Made by a program: the position numbers and the translations under genes
NCBI GenBank assembly: GCA_017853915.1
Contig: JAFMIS010000001.1
Location: forward strand, 2,010 to 66,009
Direction: 5' to 3'
Source: a bacterium
GTDB lineage: Bacteria > Bdellovibrionota_C > UBA2361 > OMII01
DNA: 64,000 bases
Part shown: piece after piece, positions 1-10,752 of the stretch
How the letters are laid out: each line of letters starts with the position of its first letter
Position numbering within the stretch: the stretch's first letter is position 1
The notes under the pieces: model-generated
Databases searched by the model: none
Told to the model about the DNA's origin: nothing
The model's input: the letters and a program-made list of their open reading frames with translations, nothing else

Positions 1-1548
<1,548 letters not shown>

Positions 1549-1561
1549 GGGGCGTTAATCC

Positions 1562-3166
1562 TTATGCTGCGTTAGCGTGAGACTGCGCGGCCTTCTGAGC
1601 TGGAGCCGCATGAGCTCCCGCGCCGTTCTTTGAACCAGCGAGGGACGCTGCCGTACCAGCCGCGAATTGATCAGCAAATGCGCCGATAGCCTTCTTAAGA
1701 CGCTCAGTGATGTCCTTGTCCAGCTCCTGCTTGGCGCGGAGATCCTTCATCAGGTCCGCGTGGCTTGAGAGCAGGTAACGGTGCAGAGCTTCCTCAAATG
1801 GACGCACCTGATCGACCGAGAGCTTATCCGTGTACCCATTCGCGACAGCGAAGATCGATACAACCTGAAGCTCTACCGGCATCGGAACGTTTTGACCCTG
1901 CTTAAGAATCTCAACGAGGCGAGCGCCCTTCGCGAGCTGGGCGCGCGTCGCCGCATCAAGGTCTGAACCGAACTGCGCGAACGCTTGCTTCTCTCGATAT
2001 TGAGCGAGGTCAAGACGGAGTGTTCCGGCGATCTTCTTCATCGCCTTCACTTGAGCGGCTCCTCCTACACGAGAAACCGAGAGACCTACGTTCACCGCCG
2101 GTCGGATACCGGAGTTGAAGAGATCCGCCTCAAGGAAGATCTGACCATCAGTGATCGAAATCACGTTCGTGGGAACGTACGCTGATACGTCACCCTCGAG
2201 GGTCTCGATGATCGGAAGCGCCGTAAGAGAGCCGCCACCAAGCTTGTCGCTCAACTTCGCGGCTCGCTCTAAGAGTCGTGAGTGCAAATAGAATACATCT
2301 CCTGGATATGCCTCTCGTCCCGGTGGACGACGGAGCAGAAGCGAAACGCTGCGGTAGGCGACCGCGTGCTTTGAAAGATCATCGTAAATCACGAGCGCGT
2401 GCTTGCCGTTCTCCATGAAGTACTCTCCCATCGCGCATCCAGTGTACGGAGCGAGGAAGGACATCGGAGCTGGCTCTGAAGCGGTCGCCGCGACCACGAT
2501 GGTGTGGTCCATAGCGCCGTGCTCCTTAAGTCGCTCTACAACTTGAACGACCGAGGAGCGCTTCTGGCCAATCGCGACGTAAATACAGATTACGCCGTTA
2601 CCCTTCTGGTTAATAATCGTGTCGATGGCAACGGTTGTTTTGCCGGTCTTCTTATCACCAATGATAAGCTCGCGCTGACCACGACCTACTGGCGTCATCG
2701 AGTCGATCGCCTTGAGTCCGGTCTGCATCGGCTCATGAACTGATTTGCGGCCAACGATACCCGGGGCTTTAATCTCAATACGACGCTTGTGTGGACTATT
2801 GATATCACCAAGTCCATCGATCGGATTTCCAAGCGCGTCGACAACGCGACCAACGAGCGCCTCGCCTACTGGAACCTGGGCGATCTGACCGGTTCGCTTG
2901 ACGGTGTCACCCTCCTTAATCGTGGAGGTCTCTCCCATAACGACCACGCCGACGTTGTCCTCCTCAAGGTTAAGGGCGATACCCTTTGTGCCGTTGGCGA
3001 ACTCCACGAGCTCTCCAAGAGCGACCTTGCCAAGACCGTACGCGCGCGCGATTCCATCACCCACGCTCAAAACCGAACCAACCTCGGTGAGGTCCTGCTC
3101 AGTCGATACGCTGCCGATCTTATCTTTGATAATTCTGCTTATCTCATCTGCACGTATATCATCCAT
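1562..3166 (-). CDS. atpA: ATP synthase alpha subunit
   Basis: [42 protein letters not shown]. Confidence 0.99.
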   Translation of the reverse strand: MDDIRADEISRIIKDKIGSVSTEQDLTEVGSVLSVGDGIARAYGLGKVALGELVEFANGTKGIALNLEEDNVGVVVMGETSTIKEGDTVKRTGQIAQVPVGEALVGRVVDALGNPIDGLGDINSPHKRRIEIKAPGIVGRKSVHEPMQTGLKAIDSMTPVGRGQRELIIGDKKTGKTTVAIDTIINQKGNGVICIYVAIGQKRSSVVQVVERLKEHGAMDHTIVVAATASEPAPMSFLAPYTGCAMGEYFMENGKHALVIYDDLSKHAVAYRSVSLLLRRPPGREAYPGDVFYLHSRLLERAAKLSDKLGGGSLTALPIIETLEGDVSAYVPTNVISITDGQIFLEADLFNSGIRPAVNVGLSVSRVGGAAQVKAMKKIAGTLRLDLAQYREKQAFAQFGSDLDAATRAQLAKGARLVEILKQGQNVPMPVELQVVSIFAVANGYTDKLSVDQVRPFEEALHRYLLSSHADLMKDLRAKQELDKDITERLKKAIGAFADQFAAGTAASLAGSKNGAGAHAAPAQKAAQSHANAA

Positions 3167-3193
3167 ACTTACCTCTTCTCTAATAAATCTCTC

Positions 3194-3745
3194 TTAACGC
3201 GTTAGTTGTGTCGCGATCCGCTGTAAAGTCCCAGCTACTGATCGATCGAGGAGCTTATCGCCAAGACGAATTGTGAGCCCTCCCAGCAATGCTGGATCAG
3301 TCTTCACACTCAATGCCACTTCGCCTCCGAGAGCCTGAGATAGTCGGCCTTTAAGTCCGGAGACGACATCATCGTTGGCCGCCTGCGCAAAGGTCACTTC
3401 AAGCGCTAGGTTCTTGCGATACTCACTGACGAGCTGCGCGAAGATTGTCGAGACGCTCGGTACTATCTGCGCCTTGCGCAATTCAACGAGCGCTCGCACC
3501 ATTTTTTTTGTAGGCTCATTGACCCATCCACCTAATGCTTGCGCGACTCCGTCAACAACTGAAAGGCGCTGCGAGTCGGAGACGCGAGGATTGAGCATGC
3601 TGTCGCGAAACTCTATCGACGCGCCCCACACCTGGGTGAATCTCGCCAGTTGGTGCGACGTCGCGTCGAAATCCTGCGGGTTTGTTACCTCAAACAGGGC
3701 TCGCGCGTATCGCTTTGCTACTTTTTCCTGTCGTCCTGAAGCCAT
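3194..3745 (-). CDS. atpH: ATP synthase delta subunit
   Basis: VAKRYARALF N-terminus, DPALLGGL..D.SV C-terminus, operon position. Confidence 0.95.
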   Translation of the reverse strand: MASGRQEKVAKRYARALFEVTNPQDFDATSHQLARFTQVWGASIEFRDSMLNPRVSDSQRLSVVDGVAQALGGWVNEPTKKMVRALVELRKAQIVPSVSTIFAQLVSEYRKNLALEVTFAQAANDDVVSGLKGRLSQALGGEVALSVKTDPALLGGLTIRLGDKLLDRSVAGTLQRIATQLTR

Positions 3746-3772
3746 GAAATCTCTTCTTAGTCCCCTACTCTC

Positions 3773-4348
3773 TTACTGCGTCAGACGTTTCGCTCGAGCC
3801 ACAGCGGCGTCAACGTAAGCCTGCTGTCGCGACGCGAACTCGCCACCAACAAATTTTCCACGCGCGATCTCAAGCGCCCGCGCTACCAGGGTCGATTTAA
3901 ACGCGGAGAGCGCTGAGCGTCCCTCCCCAGCCACCATCTCCCGAGCCTGCTCACGAATGCGAGCAGCACGCTCGTCGGCCTGCTTGACGATGTGCTCAGC
4001 CTCAACCTTCGCTTGAGAAAGTATCTCCTGTCGCGCGCGCTCCTGCTCAGTGGAGAGCCCTCGGGTCAGTGCCTCGATGGCGTTCAATTCTCTCTCGGCG
4101 CCTTCGACCTCAGCCGTTGAACTCGCCACCATCTCCTGAATCTGTTCACGACGAGCAGCCCACCCTTTCCGAATCGGGGCTCGCAGAAGGTAAGTAAGAA
4201 GAGCGGCGTAGATGAGGAAGTTAATCCAGTACGCGGATAGGTCTGTTATCGATGGAGTGTGTTCTGCTCCTGACGCAACAGCGACCGACACAGGAATCAA
4301 GAGCGCTCCGAGGCCCGCAAGGTATCGTACGGAGTGGGATAGTTTCAT
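3773..4348 (-). CDS. atpF: ATP synthase F0 subunit b
   Basis: Signal-like N-terminus, WINFLIYAALL TM helix, charged coiled coil; upstream of atpH; start moved to ATG 4348. Confidence 0.88.
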   Translation of the reverse strand: MKLSHSVRYLAGLGALLIPVSVAVASGAEHTPSITDLSAYWINFLIYAALLTYLLRAPIRKGWAARREQIQEMVASSTAEVEGAERELNAIEALTRGLSTEQERARQEILSQAKVEAEHIVKQADERAARIREQAREMVAGEGRSALSAFKSTLVARALEIARGKFVGGEFASRQQAYVDAAVARAKRLTQ

Positions 4349-4550
4349 CGTTGTAAAATCTCTCTCTAGTTTGTTCTCTTGTAGAGAAGAACCAGGGGTA
4401 CCAAAATGCGCCGATAGGATAGCCACTCTAGCCGCAGAAGTCACCCCTTAGCATGACGATTTGTTTGCTTTTTCCCCCACTCCGGACAGATGCGAAAGCG
4501 CGGCGCAGGCGAGTTTACATCGGCCAAAAAACGGTCAAAAAAACAGGGAA

Positions 4551-5024
4551 TTAGTTAAGGCTTAGCTGAGAGTCCACCTGCGAGGCGAGCCTGCTAGCCA
4601 ACTCTTTGGCCTCTGTCTCGGCGCTCGACTGCGCCCTCTTGAGCTGTTCGGTTATGGCGATCCGACCGGCTTTTATCGATTCGGCAGCTTCAGCCTCGGC
4701 CTTGGCGACGATCTGACTGGCCTTGGTCTTGGCATCCCGAACGACGTCCGAGCGAGTTTTGTTTGCTTCAACTCGGGCTTGGAACATGGCGTCATCGTAG
4801 CGAGTCCGAAGAGCCGAAGCTTTCTGACGCATCTGGTCGGCCGTGAAGAGCGCTCCCGCTGTCACTGACTCGCGCTGCTCAACGTGCTCCAGAAGCGGTC
4901 GAAACACCTGCGTTTCCAGAGTCTTATACAGCGCGAATATCAACACTGTGCCGATCACGATCATCACTCCATCGATAGGAGTGAGATTGAGGACTGCTAG
5001 GATATTTTCGATCTTCTCTTGCAT
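4551..5024 (-). CDS. atpF2: ATP synthase F0 subunit b'
   Basis: Single N-terminal TM, VFRPLL..V..RE motif, Ala/Glu-rich coiled coil. Confidence 0.85.
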   Translation of the reverse strand: MQEKIENILAVLNLTPIDGVMIVIGTVLIFALYKTLETQVFRPLLEHVEQRESVTAGALFTADQMRQKASALRTRYDDAMFQARVEANKTRSDVVRDAKTKASQIVAKAEAEAAESIKAGRIAITEQLKRAQSSAETEAKELASRLASQVDSQLSLN

Positions 5025-5056
5025 GGGCTAGAGATTCGTCGATTTCGCGAATTAGA

Positions 5057-5479
5057 TCAACCTTTGGGCGAGGCAACTGGCTTTTTCCCCTGCTCCGGCA
5101 TCGCACATCGCCCAACAAAGGTGGCTCCTGGCTCGATCATTATCTGCTCAGTGGTCACGTCGCCCCGCAGCTCTGAGCCGTTTAAGAGCGATGTCGAACG
5201 GGCAGCATGGGCGTCCCCGGTAAGCTTTCCCTCAAGGACTATCTCGGCCGCGCTTAAGCGCCCTGTCACCGAGCCGCCAGCAGCAACCACGATCTTTGAG
5301 TCGGAAACCACCTCACCCTCAACAACCCCTGAAACTACGATATCCCCGCGGGATTTAATGTCGCCCTTGAAGGTAGTTTCAGCGGCAATAATGGTCGCAG
5401 CCCCCTTTGAAGCTGTGGCGCCTAAGGTGAACTTTGAATTTGATCCGTATGTATCCGTAGCGAGTGCTTGCTGTGCCAT
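5057..5479 (-). CDS. Bactofilin (polymer-forming cytoskeletal protein)
   Basis: TIIA..T.FKGDI...G.VEGEV beta-helix repeats ending IEPGATFVG.C.M. Confidence 0.93.
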   Translation of the reverse strand: MAQQALATDTYGSNSKFTLGATASKGAATIIAAETTFKGDIKSRGDIVVSGVVEGEVVSDSKIVVAAGGSVTGRLSAAEIVLEGKLTGDAHAARSTSLLNGSELRGDVTTEQIMIEPGATFVGRCAMPEQGKKPVASPKG

Positions 5480-5517
5480 AGTGAGTATCCTCCCTTAAAA
5501 CTTTCGTCTCTGTTTAA

Positions 5518-6480
5518 TTATTCCCTGCTTGTAGTCAGTATCTGGACAAGGCGATCGAGCTCGGCGTCTGAAAAATAGTGCAGCTCTATCGCGCCACCCT
5601 TGCGTGCCTTACGAATCGAGACCTTTGTTCCAAGCGCATTTCTCAGGCGCTCTTCAAGCTCTGGATAGGCTGAAATACGCGTTATTTTACCCGTTTCTGC
5701 CCCCTCGCCCGCGGAGGTCTTTCGCGACGCGTCTAGCACAACTTCGCGAGAAACGATCGCTTCGATAGCGCGCACCGACAGGCTTTCGGCGACAATCTTG
5801 TTAGCCAAACTAATCTGCACTACGGGCTCCTTCACCGTGAGAATCGCCTTGGCGTGTCCGAGGGAGATTCGACCATCGCGCACCATCTCCTGAACGGCCG
5901 ACGGGAGCTTTAAAATTCGAGCTATGTTGGCCACTGTCGCGCGGTCCTTTCCCACTCGCTCGGCGACCTCTTGTACGGTGAGCGAAAAATCTTCAATCAG
6001 GCGCTGGTAGCCCTTGGCCTCCTCAATCGGATTAAGGCTCTGGCGCTGAATGTTCTCGACAAGGGCTATCTCGAGGGTCTCCCTCTCTCCTAAATCGCGA
6101 ATAATTACAGGTATTTGCGCTAGGCCGGCTCTGTTTGCGGCACGAAAACGACGCTCTCCGGCTACTATCTGATAGCCGCCAGCATAGGGCCTGACAAGAA
6201 TCGGCTGAAGCACTCCAAGTACCTTAATTGACTCAGATAATTCATTGATCTCCTGCTCTAAAAACTCCTGACGTGGTTGGTTTGGGTTGGCTATAATCTG
6301 GGAGATTGCCAGGTATGTTACCTCCCCCTCCGCCTCGCGAACTATCTCCGGTGCACTAGAGGCCAACGGAAGATCGGTGTTGCTAGCAGGCTCACGAGGC
6401 TGCACAACAGCGACAGGGGCAGCGCTTGAAACGAGAGCGCTAAGACCACGACCCAATGCCATACGCGTATTCTTCTTCAT
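5518..6480 (-). CDS. parB: Chromosome partitioning protein ParB
   Basis: LGRGLSAL, NPNQPR, GERRFRA, ENIQR, HTH. Confidence 0.97.
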   Translation of the reverse strand: MKKNTRMALGRGLSALVSSAAPVAVVQPREPASNTDLPLASSAPEIVREAEGEVTYLAISQIIANPNQPRQEFLEQEINELSESIKVLGVLQPILVRPYAGGYQIVAGERRFRAANRAGLAQIPVIIRDLGERETLEIALVENIQRQSLNPIEEAKGYQRLIEDFSLTVQEVAERVGKDRATVANIARILKLPSAVQEMVRDGRISLGHAKAILTVKEPVVQISLANKIVAESLSVRAIEAIVSREVVLDASRKTSAGEGAETGKITRISAYPELEERLRNALGTKVSIRKARKGGAIELHYFSDAELDRLVQILTTSRE

Positions 6481-6514
6481 TACCAAACTCCCGATTAATC
6501 ACTCTACTCAAAAA

Positions 6515-6530
6515 CGTTCCACGTGGAACA
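6515..6530. promoter_or_regulatory. parS site (between parA and parB)
   Basis: cGTTCCACGTGGAACA, 15/16 match to the perfect palindrome. Confidence 0.9.
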
Positions 6531-6532
6531 CG

Positions 6533-7342
6533 TCACGCCGCCTTCTCCTCGGAACCGCCCTCAGGCTTATCCTTGTTGAGCTCGAGACGTTCTATCAATT
6601 CACCAGCGAGCGCCAGATAGCTCTTTGCACCAGCGCTCTGCGGATCGTACTTACAGATCGGCAGGCCATGGCTAGGACACTCGGAGAGTTTGATATTCCT
6701 TGGGATGCGGGCTCTAAACAGCCGCTCACCGAAGTGCTTCTCGGCCTCTTGGTGAACCTGTAACGACAGGTTCGTTCGCGCGTCGTACATAGTTAGGAAC
6801 ACGCCCAAGAGCTGCAGCTCGGGATTAAAGGTCTGCTGAACAAAAGCGATAGTATTGAGAAGCCCAGAGAGACCCTCCAACGAGTAGTACTCGGCTTGCA
6901 GAGGAACAATGACCGATTGAGCCGCTCCAAGAGCATTCAATGTCAGAAGGCCGGAGGAGGGGGGACAGTCGATGATAATAAGATCGAATTGAGGCTGAAT
7001 ATCCGCAAGTGCACTGCGGAGAATCAGCTCACGTCCCGGTGCACGGCCAATCTCAAGCTCAAGGCTCACCAGATCATGGGATCCAGGCACCACGCTTAGG
7101 TTACGGATAGAAGAGGGAACAATGACGTCCTTGAGTGGCACCTTACCAAAAAAGGCATCATATAGGTCTCTGCCTTCGGGGTGCCTCTCAACTCCAAGAC
7201 CGCTTGTAGCGCTCGCCTGTGGATCAAAATCAAGGAGCAGGACTTTAAAACCGAGAAGGGCAAGTTGCGCGGAGATACTAACAGCGCTTGTAGTCTTACC
7301 AACGCCGCCTTTCTGATTAGCGAGAGCGATTATCTGAGCCAT
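6533..7342 (-). CDS. parA: Chromosome partitioning ATPase ParA/Soj
   Basis: NQKGGVGKTT, DFDPQ, IDCPP; start at ATG 7342. Confidence 0.97.
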   Translation of the reverse strand: MAQIIALANQKGGVGKTTSAVSISAQLALLGFKVLLLDFDPQASATSGLGVERHPEGRDLYDAFFGKVPLKDVIVPSSIRNLSVVPGSHDLVSLELEIGRAPGRELILRSALADIQPQFDLIIIDCPPSSGLLTLNALGAAQSVIVPLQAEYYSLEGLSGLLNTIAFVQQTFNPELQLLGVFLTMYDARTNLSLQVHQEAEKHFGERLFRARIPRNIKLSECPSHGLPICKYDPQSAGAKSYLALAGELIERLELNKDKPEGGSEEKAA

Positions 7343-7414
7343 AATGAGAAGCTTTAGACCGGAGAGTGTAGAGGTATCACGAGTTCGAATCAGTCTCAAC
7401 ACAAAACACTCGAC

Positions 7415-7541
7415 TGTTCCACGTGGAACAGAAATATTTTCTCAAGACGAGATCGTCTGGGCGTTGTAGCTGTTCCACGTGGAACATATTTCTTTATTTT
7501 TTATTTGCACCGCTGCAGTCACACATGTTCCACGTGGAACA
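7415..7541. promoter_or_regulatory. Cluster of three parS sites (7415-7430, 7471-7486, 7526-7541)
   Basis: Three perfect TGTTCCACGTGGAACA palindromes upstream of parA. Confidence 0.95.
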
Positions 7542-7830
7542 GCTACACGGTGCGATCACAACCAAGACAAAACCGCATCGAGACCAGTGCGCACCGAACA
7601 CGGATATAATCAATTCGCAAATCCACGATGCACGTCTCCTGCGCTCTTCCACTACCCAATAAGAATTTACCGAGAAACTAAGAATCAACTAGGACACTAT
7701 CAAGAGTGCAGAGAGCGTTGGGGTAGGGGGCTCTACGCTGACACTGCAGCAACAGCTATCGATATCCAACTCTAAACCAACCATATTGTCGAATTGCGTT
7801 TTATTCAGCAGAACAGTTCGGATAATATAA

Positions 7831-9009
7831 CTAATCGGCACTGGGAAGCCGTTTCCGGACCTCGAGCAAACTATCCATCAGCCACGTGATCTCTTCCTCA
7901 GAGTGTCCGGTCGACAGGAGAATGCGCGCAACCGCTCCGTTACGACGCAGCCCACGAGCAGCCAGTGCATCAACCACGACACCACGCTGCAAAAGAGCGT
8001 CCTGTAACTCGCGCGCTTTTAGTAAACTCTCGCACCAGATCGCGGTGATTGGCGCGCTCTCGTCGCTTACAACGTTCCATCCCTGAGCCCGCAACGCCGC
8101 GCTGACCATTTTCGATCGCATCGCGAGACGATCGCGCTGCGTAATCGCGACCTCAACAAGATCCAGAGCGCGCTCAACGATCGCCGTAGCGATGATTGAA
8201 GGAGCAGCCTCAAGACGAACGTAACGCGAACGATTACCCAGCACATCACGCAGCTCCTGCGAGCCAACCAGCGCGGCCAGCTCGACACCAGCTATCGGCG
8301 CGAAATTGATCAACCGCGCAAGTAGGGCAGGAGAGGAGGGAACATCCTCAGCGCTTCCCGCGCCGCGCAGACCCGAGTGCCCAAGCGCTGCTGTCTCATC
8401 AATCATCCCCCAGGCTCCGCTCTGCTCAAGCGCCGAGAGGAATCGTGTTGTGTTCAAGCGCTGTCCTGTGACGGACGCGATAGCCTCGGCCACCACCACG
8501 ATCCGCTTGGCTAATCGATACCGTTCAAGGATCTGGCGTAGCTCATCCTCGCTCTCAAACTCCACGTACTCGGCTCCCATCAAGGCGCTCGCGTCAGCAA
8601 GCGGCAGCGTCGTAAGCGAGGGGCCAACAACCACCACCCCCTCAGAGCACAGAGCCGTAATTGTGCTTAAAATAGCCTGATTTTTGGTCGAAAAAAGCAG
8701 CGCTCCCTCAGCCGCGAAAAAACGCCCAATCCGCGCCTCACAGGTCAGGTGTGCTGGGGTGATGCCGCCGACGTGGCGACCACTGGCTAAACCTACGCCG
8801 TACTCCTGTAGGGAGTGAACCGCAACCGATGTGAGCTCGCGATGCCCGTGAAGCTCAAGAAAGTTCCAGGCGGCAAAGCTCGTCACAACCCGACCACGAT
8901 AGGTAGGATGGAGCGCGTCCACGCCGGCTCGAATCCCGATATCGGGACTCGGGGAGGGGACATCGAGCGCGATCTCTCGAGCTAACTCTATTTTAATATC
9001 GCTCTTCAC
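7831..9009 (-). CDS. BioF/serine palmitoyltransferase-fold protein, apparently lacking PLP-binding residues
   Basis: SFAAWNFL, YGVG..SGR..GG...H...E.RI pattern of the alpha-oxoamine synthase family; DETAA and NFAPIAG replace DxAH and TLSKA. Confidence 0.8.
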   Translation of the reverse strand: MKSDIKIELAREIALDVPSPSPDIGIRAGVDALHPTYRGRVVTSFAAWNFLELHGHRELTSVAVHSLQEYGVGLASGRHVGGITPAHLTCEARIGRFFAAEGALLFSTKNQAILSTITALCSEGVVVVGPSLTTLPLADASALMGAEYVEFESEDELRQILERYRLAKRIVVVAEAIASVTGQRLNTTRFLSALEQSGAWGMIDETAALGHSGLRGAGSAEDVPSSPALLARLINFAPIAGVELAALVGSQELRDVLGNRSRYVRLEAAPSIIATAIVERALDLVEVAITQRDRLAMRSKMVSAALRAQGWNVVSDESAPITAIWCESLLKARELQDALLQRGVVVDALAARGLRRNGAVARILLSTGHSEEEITWLMDSLLEVRKRLPSAD

Positions 9010-9024
9010 GAATTATATCGGATC

Positions 9025-10135
9025 TTAATCGGTCTTGAGCAAACAAGACTCAATAATCGGATCGAGCTCTCCATCGAGGACGGCGTGAACATCAGACGTC
9101 TCATAGTCACTGCGCAGATCCTTGACGAGCTGATAAGGCTGCATCACGTAGTTGCGTATCTGACTACCGAAATCGATCTTCTTTCGCTGCCCCTTGAGCT
9201 GGTCGATCTTATCGCGCTGCTCTTCTTGACCAAGTTCATAGAGCTTCGACTTTAAGATCTTAAGTGCCCGAGCCTTGTTTTTATGTTGAGACCTTTCACT
9301 TTGACAGGCAACTATAATTCCTGAGGGAATATGGGTAATTCGTACTGCGGAGTCGGTTTTATTGACGTGTTGCCCACCGGCGCCTGAGGAGCGATACGTA
9401 TCAATCCTAAGGTCGGCCTCATTGATGTCCACCTGGATCTCCTCCTCGATGTCCGGCGTAACGCTCACCGAGGCAAACGAGGTATGGCGCCTGGCATTTG
9501 AGTCAAATGGGGAGATTCGAACGAGTCGATGCACCCCAGATTCATTCCTCAGATTTCCGTAGGCGTACGGCCCCTCGACTAAAACGGTCGCGTTCTTGAT
9601 GCCCGCACCCTCACCCGGTTGATAGTCCATAATCTCGGTACGAAAGCGCTTGCGCTCACACCACCGAAGATACATCCGCAGCAGCATGTCGCCCCAATCC
9701 TGAGCCTCCGTGCCTCCTGAGCCAGCGTTAATCTCGATAATCGCGCTCTGACTATCGAACTCACCGTTCATCTTACACTTGAATTCGAGGCCACTGACGG
9801 CCGCTTCCAACTCCTTCATCAGCGAGGTCGCCTCGGCAACAAAATCCTCATCGCCTGACTCCTTAGCAAGCTCAAGCGCTGCTTCAGTATCAGAATGTAG
9901 TCCCTCGATCTTCTTAAACTGGTCAAGCCGCTCGACGCACTGGGCCCGTTCCCGCATCACGGCTTTAGCTTTGCTCGCGTCGTTCCAGATATCTCCTGCC
10001 TGAGACTGACTCTCAAGCTGCTCGACTTTTATAGTTAGGTTAGCGATGTCAAAGAAACCCCCTCAGGAGCTCAACCCGTTGGTTGATTCCCTGGAGCTTA
10101 TATTTCATTTCTGAGGGGTCAAAGATGGCAGCCAT
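9025..10135 (-). CDS. prfB: Peptide chain release factor 2, +1 programmed frameshift
   Basis: SPF and GGQ motifs; upstream frame MAAIFDPSEMKYKLQGINQRVELLRGFL then CTT TGA C. Confidence 0.98.
10048..10063 (-). promoter_or_regulatory. prfB frameshift cassette
   Basis: AGGGGG TTT CTT TGA C on minus strand; the +1 frame is continuous with ORF 9025..9960. Confidence 0.96.
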
Positions 10136-10218
10136 GTCGAGTGGTATACGTTGCCGAGCTACTCGCGTCAATGCCGCCACACAGGACATCTCGATGAACC
10201 CTCGATGCAATCTCGACG

Positions 10219-10752
10219 CTACGAGCCCTCAAGCGCAATCGACTCACGAATAGACCGCTCTCTCCGTCGCATGCGCGCCGCCTCGCGAGCTGGAACGCCC
10301 TCGTGATCGTATCCACAGAGATGCAAGACTCCATGCACCACAAGCCGCAGTAGCTCCTGGCGCACGGAGACCTCGAACTCTTGAGCTTGGCGAATCGTCG
10401 TCTCGGTTGAGATAACAAGATCACCGAGGTAGGGCCCTTTGAGATCGCTTGCCCTACCACCACCCCGTAACTCTCGAGGGGTGAACTGTGGAAACGACAG
10501 GACATCCGTCGGCTTATCTTTCTTACGAAACTCAAAGTTAATCTCTCGCATGCGCGCATCATTAACCAGTAACACATGGAGTTCGCGCACCTCCGGAAGC
10601 GCGACATCCTTCTCCACGAAACTTAAAACGTTGCCCACGAGCCGTCGCATATAGCTCTCGGAGACCCGCAACTTCTTGCTCTCAACGGAGATGTGAATTC
10701 GCCACGGCCGTGACGCAGGGGCTTTCGCCCGGGTTCCTCTTCTCATAGTCAC
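10219..10752 (-). CDS. ybeY: rRNA maturation endoribonuclease YbeY
   Basis: PTDVLSF, LGDLVIS, HGVLHLCGYDH. Confidence 0.96.
   Translation of the reverse strand: MTMRRGTRAKAPASRPWRIHISVESKKLRVSESYMRRLVGNVLSFVEKDVALPEVRELHVLLVNDARMREINFEFRKKDKPTDVLSFPQFTPRELRGGGRASDLKGPYLGDLVISTETTIRQAQEFEVSVRQELLRLVVHGVLHLCGYDHEGVPAREAARMRRRERSIRESIALEGS

Noticed and set aside
7415..7541. Regularly spaced palindromic repeats resembling a mini-CRISPR
   Set aside because: The repeats are only 16 bp, match the parS consensus, sit next to parAB, and no cas genes are present
9025..9960. Apparently truncated RF2 / pseudogene
   Set aside because: Explained by the canonical CTT-TGA-C +1 frameshift
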